Of a stretch of DNA of 64,000 nucleotides, positions 54,013-64,000 are shown one piece after another. How positions within the stretch are numbered: the first letter of the stretch is position 1; each line of letters opens with the position of its first letter. This stretch comes from the human T2T-CHM13v2.0 reference genome, Homo sapiens. Location of the stretch: the NCBI GenBank assembly GCA_009914755.4, contig CP068257.2, forward strand, positions 21,472,001-21,536,000, written 5' to 3'. A program made the position numbers and the translations under genes. The notes beneath the pieces are model-generated. The model worked only from the letters and a program-made list of their open reading frames with translations, was not told the DNA's origin and did no database searches.

Positions 54013-54642
54013 GATGTGAACATTTTTGAGAAATTTTTAAACTGCAATTTAACATATGTTTGATATTTGAAAACATAAAAACAAAATAGAGACAGGAAAG
54101 TCCAATGAGGGTGAAAATTACCCAGTCACACTTCGCTAGCATAACTACTTTTAACTTTCCTTCTTACGTGTTTTCGGTAATATCTGTATCTAAAACTATA
54201 CCTTTATGCCTATATACATCTGTAAGAAAGGAAAAAAGAGAATAAAAAAACTCTATCCATGTAGGTATATTTAGATATAGCTTATATATATACATATAAA
54301 TATATACTTCTATACCTATATCTATTTACCTGTGTCAGTATCTACTTATAGGTACATAAATATATTTCTAAACCTATTTATATATGTACATCTATATGGG
54401 TATATAGAGCTTTTTTTCTGTTTGTCTTTCCTCACATCAATCAGGATTTTCCTAATAGTTTTTATATTACTGCTTCAGGTGATATCTTTTAACATTAAAA
54501 TTACTGATTTAGATTTTTCTACAATACTGTATTTTTACTAATTCAAATGTAGATTTTAAGGTGTCATTACTTTAATTTTCATTTGATTTCAACAAGTATG
54601 AATTTGACTACGTTTACTTCCCATTCTATTCAGTTTTATTGC

Positions 54643-54955
54643 ATACTTTTTTTTTTTTTTTTTTTTTTTTTTTAGACAGGGTCTGCCTTTGTCACCTAGG
54701 CAGGAGTTCAGCAGTGCCATCATTGCTCGCTGCTGCAGCCTTAACCTCTCGAGCTCAAGCTGTCCTCCCACCTCAGCCTCCTGAGTACCTGCAACTACAG
54801 GCATGTGCCACCATGGCCAGCATTTTTGCATTTTTTTGTAGATATGGGGGTCTCATTATGTTTCCCCGGCTGGTCTCCAACTCCTGAGCTCAAGCAATCT
54901 GCCTGCCGCGACCTCCCAAAGTCCTGGGACTACAGGCATGAGCTACCAGATCCGG
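54643..54955 (-). mobile_element. Alu SINE, older (AluJ-like), T27 on the plus strand
   Basis: tttttttttttttttttttttttttttagacagggtctgcctttgtcacctaggcaggagttcagcagtgccatcattgctcgctgctgcagcc...cctgggactacaggcatgagctaccagatccggacc. Confidence 0.9.
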
Positions 54956-55896
54956 ACCATACATTGTCTTTTAATGTTGTCTATCCTCTTATATTAGTTT
55001 TATGCTGTTACTCTGAAAATGTTATGTTTTAATTTTTAGTTCAATTGTATTTATATATATATATAAAACCGTCATACATATGCTTTGAGAATATGCATTA
55101 TATATAATATGTAATATGCATTGAGAAGTTTTTTAAATTTTCCGATATTTTATCTTTATTTGCCAGCAAGATTTATTATTAAAAATGTAATTATAGCAAC
55201 ATTTATGTCATTTCTCTACATGTTCAGCATTCTTTTCATCTATTATAAGGAAATAATAAATGCTTGATATGGAATGTTTTATACATAAAATATACAAAGT
55301 AATGCTATATTGAGCATCAATTTACCTGTGACTCAACTAAAGAAGGAAAATAGATAATTTTAAGTCAAGTCAATATTTTGTTGTTGGTAGACCTTTTCAA
55401 TGAGAGTCCTATTTGAACTATTCTTATCTCCCACTCTTCTTTGCAGTAATATTCCCTAAGTAACAGACTTTACTCATTTTTGACTGAGTTGTGATTTTTA
55501 AAGAATATATGTTTCAAAAGATCAAATGTGAATTTCTCTTTTACCTTCTCTCTTACCACTTAGTCTATTGACACAGTCTCCTAGATCTGCAACTGCTGTG
55601 TTTACGTACAGATTAAGCCCAACATTAGTTAAAATTCCGTTCTATGCTTAGTATTCATCTAATGCACAGATGTTTGTCTTCCCTCTCAGTAAAATATATT
55701 TCTCATACAACACTCTTTATTAGTCTTTCTTATTTATCTAGTTGTTTGTTTCTGAGGGTTTTGTATCTAAATAATTTTGGAATGATAATGGTTGTGGAAT
55801 AATTTTCCCATGTTCTCTGACAGTTTCAGAAAGCAGTAACTGCATAGCAGAGGGCAGAGGGATAGAGCTCCAACTTAGTATTAGAAGTTCATAGGC

Positions 55897-56304
<408 letters not shown>

Positions 56305-56679
56305 CTATTAAATCTAGTTTAATAGCTCTTTCTGCCTTTGAAGGAAAGTTGGGAAATGTTGCTATAAAGGCATTTTTTTGTATCTAAATGAATTTTCCAA
56401 TGCTGTCGTATTGCTGAGAAATTTTGTGTACACAAAAATTTTAAGTAGGAAATTTTTTTTTCAAAAACTAAAGTGATGAAATATACAATAGTATCCTTTT
56501 TAGATATCACTCAGCCCCACAACCACTTGTGAGTATAAAACCTTGACTGCGTTAATATGCCCCACAATATCTGAACAATGTCATCTCTGAAATTGAACTG
56601 TTGATGCATTGTGATCCATTTACTGCAATATATGGCAATAGCCTTTTGATCCAATATTTGGAATACATTAATTTCCAAT

Positions 56680-56885
56680 ATACAAAAAATAGAAATATAC
56701 AATTATATACAAATATATAAAAATATACAAATATATGCACAAAAAATATACAAATATATACACAAAACATATGCTATATACAAATGTATACAAATATATA
56801 CACAAAAATATATACAAATACACAAAAATATACAAATATATAAATATACATATATATCAAAATATATACACAAAAATATGCAATA
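56680..56885. repeat. AT-rich minisatellite arm A, (ACAAATATATACACAAAAATAT)n; inverted copy of part of the array at 57645-58215
   Basis: The reverse complement of 56680-56885 aligns at about 95% identity (by hand alignment) to 57805-57990. One exact 38-mer is shared: tatatttgtatacatttgtatatagcatatgttttgtg. The plus-strand ORF 56735..56965 and minus-strand ORF 57830..58012 give near-identical KIYKYINI... peptides. Confidence 0.85.
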
Positions 56886-57284
56886 ATTTGGAAATAATTG
56901 GGCCTATTTCTCTTTGTCTTTATACTGTGCCAAGAGATGCTAATGTCTTAAACTCAGCCTTTTGACAGTGATAATTTAATTTTTAAAGTGTTGCTTTCAA
57001 AATCTCCCACCACACTAATTTTGGCCATATCAAATTAAAAACCATCAGACTAGTTTATATTAACAATTCCTAACATTTATATCAATCTGACTATCCAACA
57101 GTCAATATCATAACACTTTTACATACATTAAGTAGTTTAAGCTCTTTGAACACCTGTCAAGTTTGGAACTAGTATGGTCTCCAATTTATTTATAAGACAC
57201 TGAAACACCAAGAAGTCAAATGACCTACCTCATGTCAACAAACCACCAAGTGGCAATACCCAAATCAGAAGCCTGCTTCCAGGT

Positions 57285-57637
57285 CCTATTTGTCTGATTT
57301 CTCTTGTTTATAGCAGAATGCCTGAAACTGGTTATTTATAAAGAAAAGGAATTTATTTCTTACAGTTATGGAGGCTGAGAAGTTCAATGTTGAGGAGCCG
57401 TATCAGGTGAGAGTTGGTAGGGACTCTTTGAATAGTCCTAAGGCAGCACAGTCGGCCAGCAGACTGAGGATGCTCGTGGGCTTGCTCCCTTCTGTCATCC
57501 GCTTCTCATAAAGACACCAGTTCCACTCCATGATAACCCATTATTCCATGAATCCATGAAGAGATTAATCCATTTGTAAGGGCAGAGCCTCATGATTCAA
57601 TCACCTCTTAAAGATCCTGCCTTTCAATACTGCCATA
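57285..57637 (+). mobile_element. MaLR LTR (MLT1/MST-type), 3'-truncated at the junction with the (TA)n/minisatellite array
   Basis: tcctatttgtctgatttctcttgtttatagcagaatgcctgaaactggttatttataaagaaaaggaatttatttcttacagttatggaggctgagaagttcaatg...gggcagagcctcatgattcaatcacctcttaaagatcctgcctttcaatactgccat. The junction carries a small palindrome: tactgccatatattttatgatggcagta. Confidence 0.65.
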
Positions 57638-57644
57638 TATTTTA

Positions 57645-57652
57645 TGATGGCA

Positions 57653-57693
<41 letters not shown>

Positions 57694-58215
57694 CTAGCAT
57701 GTTTTGTATATGTATGTATGTTTTGTGTATATATTTGTATTTTTTATATATTTGTATATTTATATATTTGTATATATATAATCTAGCATATGTTTTGTGT
57801 ATATATTTGTATATTTTTGTGTATATATTTTAATATATTTGTATATTTATATATTTGTATATTTTTGTGTATTTGTATATATTTTGTATATATATTTGTA
57901 TACATTTGTATATAGCATATGTTTTGTGTATATATTTGTATATTTTTTGTGCATATATTTGTATATTTTTATATATTTGTATATATGTATATATTTTTGT
58001 ATATATAATCAATCATGTTTTGTGTATATAGTTGTATATATGTATATATTTTTGTGTATATATTTGTACTTTTATATATTTGTATTTGTATATTTATTTT
58101 TGTGTATATATTTGTATATTTTTTGTGTATATATTTGTATATATTGAGTATATATTTTGTATATATCTAGTATACATATATATATATATAAAGTCTGACA
58201 TATGTTTTGTGATAT
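57645..58215. repeat. AT-rich minisatellite arm B: (TA)n followed by about 5 higher-order units of roughly 100-130 bp built from TTTGTGTATATATTTGTATAT-like subunits
   Basis: Higher-order unit markers atctagcat(at)gttttgtgtatatatttgtata recur at about 57680, 57781, 57915, 58010 and 58193. The internal segment 57805-57990 is the reverse complement of 56680-56885. Confidence 0.85.
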
Positions 58216-61200
58216 ATTTTGTACTTGCTATTGTTTGAATGTGTCCCCTTCAAAGTTTAGCTGTTGCCAATGTCATAGTATTAAGACCTGGAGCTTTAAG
58301 AGGTGATTAAGTCATTAGGGATTCTCCCTCATGTATGGGATTAAGGCTGATGTAAAAGAAGCTTCACACAATACTTGGCTGTTCTTCTGCCGTCTGCCAT
58401 GTTAGGACACAGCATTTCTCCCCTGCAGAGGATATAACCCTCACCAGACAATCAAGCCCATGAGAATCTTTGTCTTGGACTTCTCAGCCTCCAGAAATAT
58501 AAGAAAATATATTTCTATTGTTTATAAATTACCAATTTTCAGGTATTTTGTTACAGCAGGACAGAGTAAGCAGAACTTATGTAATATTGGGTTATTCACT
58601 CATTGCATAGTTACTGAACATCTACTTTTTTGTGGACACAGTACTAGCTACTGAGGACACTCAGAATTCAAAATAGAAATATCTGCTCTTCTGGGGTTTA
58701 TATTTTAGGGTATGGGTTATAAAATTATAATTGGTTTATTACTTCAAGAGAAGAAGACATCAATCATAACACATTAAATATCTCCATGAATAATTTCATT
58801 TCTATGGAAACTGTTGAGGTTCATCGAATTATTTTGTAACGGTTTGTCAGCTTCTTATAAAGTTTACCATATACATATGATTTGACTCACCAATTCTATT
58901 TATTTACCAAAGTGTAATTAAACTTATGTTTACATAACATGGTTTGTAAAAGTTTGTAATTATAATATAATAATTGAATTAACACGCTGAAATTTCTTTC
59001 AACTGCTAAATGAATAAACAAACTATGATACATTTAAGCAATGAAATACTACTTAGAAAGAAAAAGAAATGAACAAAGGCAAGCCAAATGACAAAAGCAG
59101 GAACATGAACTCTAATGCATAATACTAAGTGAAAGAGGTCAGGCTTCTATATAGTACAATTCTGGTTTTCTTCAGTGTTCCTAAAATATATGTGATAGGA
59201 AACATTATTTGTTACAACTGTTGAACTATTTAATATAGTCTGCCCTGCTTAACTATATGTAGATTAAAAATTGTCTTTAATTATCTACATTTGAAATTAA
59301 TGAGAAAGACAAGTCAACAAGTAATAACCAAAATCGATGTAGTTGGAAATGAGAGCAAAGCTCTGTATCTTTTGCTATTTAATTCCCTGAGTTCTCCATC
59401 TGCTTTTTAATACAGTGGCTCTTGATGTATTATGTTTCTTGGACACTTAGTCATAAAAAAATGAGAAAAATTAAATATTGATGTTCACAGTAGGATAGTT
59501 GCAATATTTCATAGGCTTTTACCAAATAAGCAATATTTCTGCTTGCCAGGACATTCTCTGTTGATGAAAGATTATTTTTCTTCTCACTTGAAAGGAAATC
59601 TGAAAAGTCATTTTAAACTATATTTAGCTATTATGGAACTATTTACTTCTTTTTTTTTCAGAAGCAAACAGATGTGAAATGCAATAGAATTGTTGACAGA
59701 ATCGGCTTTTCCTGGTGACAAATCTGATGATTTCAGTGTTAAAACAGCCTTGTTTTATGTAGAAACATGGCTATATTCTAATTGAAATGTTTGGAATATT
59801 TTATGACTGAAAAACTGTTGACTCCTTGTTTAGTAATAGATTTATCCTTCCACTGTAATGAAAGACTCAGGTGTTATTAAAGTATAGGAATTGACAATCG
59901 ATCAACAGATAGATAATATATTACATTGCCCCATAACTAATGAATAAAATGTATTATCTCTTATTTAGTGGGAAAATATATATCAATATCTATATTTTTA
60001 TTTTTAAAACATTTTCCTGTCAACCTCTAAGTAGGTATGCTCTGGAATATAACATTAATGCTTTAGAAACAATTCAACTAAACAATCCAACTCTCTTTTA
60101 GATTTTCTACTAAATTCAAGGTCATTTATGACTAAAGTAAATGGATGTAGATCCAAGTACCATCATTTATTTTTTTCACTGGTTGACATACTAAATGTCA
60201 AGAGATTCTTCACAGACCAAAAATAAAAAGTAATTTAGAAGGCAAGATTGAAAACAAATAAACAAAAAATAAATTAACAATATTAAAATGAGGAAGTAAT
60301 ATATGTCCTGAGTCAAAAACTATTGGAAATGTTTCAAGGCACTGGAGATTTACCAATGAACAAAACCACATAGTTTTAGAAATGCTCGTTCGGAGAAACT
60401 GTGCCTTGTTTTGCACATGACAGGACCATGTGTGGGATTCATCATTTGACCTTGATCCCTGTGAGCTTCCTGACTACTAAGCAAGATGTGATGCATATCT
60501 ATTTTAAAGAGATAAATAGTGAATATTTATGATATGTATCAAATGATTACAAAAAAGCGAGAGGACTAGATCTTAGGAAAATAAAAGGAAACTTCCAAAA
60601 ATATCAAAGAAAGACACCATGAAATTGTTTTACCTGAGAGAGTCACTGAAGGACAATTGAAATTTTAATAAAAAGGGAAATGTGGAGATATCTAAAATTA
60701 GGTAAATTATAATATATTAAGTGTTTGCCATGCAGCAGATATTATTGCAAGCATTTTGTAATCATTATTTCTAACATTATTAAACACATACACTACTATT
60801 GCTGCTTTTGTAAAATAAGGCAAAAAAGTAGAGGCCTGGGACTAAATGGCCTATTCTAAGTTAATTGATCTATTAAATACTAGATCCAGGATTAAAACTC
60901 AGACTGACACCTGATCTTGCTCTCCAAACAATGCTGCTACATTGTATAAATATTGCACTGGGGATAAAAAGATATCATAGTGGTAATAGATAGGTTAAAG
61001 GCATATTTTTTACTCTTAAAATTTACATAAAGTAAAAAAGAAAAATAGGGCTAGAAAAACATAATGACATTGGATTATAAACAACCATGGAAGACAAGAA
61101 ATTTGAATTTAACTCTATATTTAATGAGAAGTCTTTTAATAAATGAATGAATAAATACAAAGTGTACTAATGACTATTAGTCATTCATGTTCCTTCATCT

Positions 61201-61680
61201 GTTCTTTCACACACTCATTTGTTTACAAAGTTTAAAAAATGGTTTACGGAATGTGTATTCTATACCAGACTCTCAGTTACATATAAGAATCCTGCTCTGA
61301 ATTAGAGACCTTGGCAGCTGTAAATACTTACCAGAAAGATTTTGAAAGTTTGGCAAAAATTAAAGTTGAACATGAAAGCGACACTTTTGGGTGTGGTATA
61401 CTGTTATTGTTACAGATTGTTGTAGTATATAAAATTATTTATATCTTAATAAAGAATATATGTATATGAATACATATGTAACAGAAATACACTTAAATTA
61501 TGTACAATTTTAGGTGAATATGATTATACATTTTATTGCAGACTTAATTTTCTTTTAATATGGAGATAATATAGATAGGTTTCCTCCTGTCTCTGTCTTA
61601 TCTATATCAGACCGTTATCCCTAAAATGCAACGTCACCTTGGGTTAATAAACTTTTTATTACAATAAATATGTACGGATC

Positions 61681-62058
61681 TGTCTGCTAGGACTGTCATA
61701 ACAAAATACTATAGAATGCATGGCTTAAATGACAGAAGTTTATTTCTCAATGTTCTGGAGGCTGCAAGTCTAAGATCAAGGTGTCAACACATTTAGTTTT
61801 CCCTCAGGCCTCTCATTTTGACTTGCAGATGGTTTATTTCTTGCTGTCTCCTCACATGGCTTTTTCTCTGTGCACAAGCCTCCACAGTGTCTCTTCCTCT
61901 TCTTATCAGGACACCACTCATAATGGATTAGTGTTCCACCTCTATGATTTCAATTAGCCTGGATTACCCCTTTAAAAATAATAACTCCAAATACAGTCTT
62001 GTTGAGGATAAGGGCTTCAACACATGAGTTTTGTGGGAACACATTTCAATCCATAACA
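61681..62058 (+). mobile_element. MaLR LTR (MLT1-type)
   Basis: tgtctgctaggactgtcataacaaaatactatagaatgcatggcttaaatgacagaagtttatttctcaatgttctggaggctgcaagtctaagatcaaggtgtcaacac...ttgttgaggataagggcttcaacacatgagttttgtgggaacacatttcaatccataaca follows the MLT1 consensus (ctataacaaaataccatagactgggtggcttaaacaacagaaatttatttctcacagttctggaggctgggaagtccaagatcaaggtgccagcag...ggggacacaaacattcagtccatagca). Confidence 0.7.
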
Positions 62059-64000
62059 ATGTAAAATATGTTCACATTCAAATATAAAGTGTTGACTATT
62101 TTTTAAAATAAGCTGTTAGACACAATTATTACATCATGTTTTTTTTCACTTCAAAATACTTTGTATACAACATTAAAAGTCATTTCACATTGATTTAAAT
62201 TTTTGCAAGGACTACATATATTTCACTGTATGTATATAGTCATGATTTATTCTCCCATCTTCCTAGTAATGAGCATACAATATGTTGGCCATGTTTATGC
62301 CACTTCAGCTTTTGTTCAGTAAATATCTTTGCATCCATACTTTTCTGTATTGGAACATTAGATTTTTTGTATTACAAATTCTCAAAGTGCAATCTGTGGA
62401 TCAAACGCTTGGTGCACTTGGGTTTCAGAAGAAATTGCCAACTTAATTTTCAAAAGGCAGTAAACTTGGCATTTCCAACACATACCAGATAGTAATCCTT
62501 TTATCATAGACTCCAAAACAATAGGGCTTATAGGTCTTTATTCTATTTTAAAAATCACTCATGTGTTTGTTACTTCGCTACAAATTTAATTTTATCCTTA
62601 ATATTAGTAAATTTTAGTATTCTTTATTTGAATTAGCATCGCTGAAAATTGAATTATATACCTTTTGCTAGTGTTTAAATGCTTTCTCTTGTCAATTTAT
62701 AATAATTATTTGAAGATTATGCACAACTTTATGACTACCACCTGCTTTTAAATTATTTACTGGGATAATATCTCAATTGGTGATATGAGAATGTCAGCTA
62801 GTCATTTTCTTTTCTTTCTTTTTTTTTTCAATTCAGGAGGCTATTTCAGGATCAGAGCTTGACATAGGCTGAGGTCTGCTGATGGGAAAAGAAAAAGCAG
62901 CAAATTTCTTAGTAGCTGCTTGGGGATAGAATGATTGAGACATCCAGAGACCTCAAATTCATAACTTTTTTATTTTACCCAAATATACATTTGCTAAATT
63001 GTGCTGCATAGAAAGATAAAGAGTTAGGCTGTAAAGTTTTCATGCTGGCTCTTAAGAAACCAAAATCTGACAAAGCCAGAAGGCTTAACAAATAAATAAG
63101 CAGACCAGAAAATGAAGTCCTGGAGATAGTGGTAGATTAACTCTGAAGTTCCACAACTGCTTCTCACTTGGGAACACTTAGTGATTATGGGTCCAAGTAG
63201 AGAATGCAAATCAGGCTTGGCCCTGCTAAAAGTGACAAGGAAATCAGCAGCACACACGTGGAACTGGAGGGAGAAGATAGGAGTCTTGTAAGCCTTAAAG
63301 CATAAACAATCTCACCATCAAGACATTTAGCAAATTTTAAAACAGCATGGAATGAAAAATCAAAGACCTCAACAGAAGCACTCTGAAGTATAAAACTGAA
63401 ACTTCTGGAGTGTATCAGAGCAGTGGAGGCAGAGTGCTGCCCTGTTCCAAATAAAAAACTCCGAATTAATCACCCTAGGAATAGTGGCATTCCACAGGTG
63501 GGCTAACTTTTATGGAACTTGCATCCCAGTCACAACTCTGCATAACCTCTGATTGGATTAATTTGGTAATCACACCCTACCACACACATATACACCCCCA
63601 TCCCTGTCCATCATATACCCCACAAAAGTAAGTTGCAATCCTATTTAATAGAAGATAACTTAAAGGCTTTAATTTTATTTTATACATAATGTCTAACAGA
63701 AAAAAGTAAAAATTACTAGACATTTGAAGAGGAAATAATACATGAACAGTAGCTAAAAGAGTAATTAGTCAATAAAAACAGAATTGCAGGTGAACCAGAA
63801 TTTGCAGCTAGTAGAACATAACATTAAAATAAATATGATATCACTTTTGAGAAAACAGGGAGAAATTTGGACAAAAATACATAAAGCAATGCATAAATTA
63901 GCCCCAAATTGGCAATGATGAGTATCAAATGGGGTTTCTAGATATGAAATATATGAAAAAGGACTAAAAATACATATATCCCACTAGGCTTGGTTTATTG

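Noticed and set aside
56735-58238. ORFs 56735..56965, 57797..58147, 57830..58012 and 58032..58238, with Y/I/K/F-rich products
   Set aside because: These are translations of AT-rich minisatellite arrays, pure low complexity. They are useful only in that the plus- and minus-strand peptides mirror each other, which confirms the inverted repeat.
59625-59760. Possible exon after ttctttttttttcag
   Set aside because: All three frames terminate within about 20 codons, so there is no support.

Overview
This window is primate (almost certainly human) nuclear DNA, not a prokaryotic locus. It is AT-rich (roughly mid-30s % GC by eye), strongly CpG-depleted and dominated by interspersed repeats. I can support 14 Alu SINEs (several with recognisable target-site duplications, TSDs), at least 7 L1 LINE fragments, about 10 MaLR/ERV-type LTRs plus one roughly 1.05 kb ERV1-class solo LTR, and many micro- and minisatellites. 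I found no prokaryotic signals (no operon-like ORF packing, RBS/promoter architecture or CRISPR) and no vertebrate protein-coding exon that I can support from sequence alone. Almost all ORFs in the six-frame track are translations of Alu, L1 ORF2 remnants or AT-rich low-complexity repeats. The window behaves like a gene-poor intergenic or deep-intronic segment. I do not see the hoped-for novel biological system. What merits a second look is structural: a roughly 200 bp inverted duplication embedded in AT-rich minisatellite arrays (56680-58215, resembling a palindromic AT-rich repeat, PATRR); a 523 bp near-perfect palindromic element (21453-21975); two L1 copies with 5' inversions (twin-priming-like); a very young 5'-truncated AluY with intact TSD and full CpG retention (43358-43550); a pair of roughly 475 bp direct repeats 6.7 kb apart; and a GATA-based minisatellite (760-1076). 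Repeat family names are from memory of consensus sequences and should be confirmed with RepeatMasker/Dfam. Coordinates are approximate to within about 10 bp.
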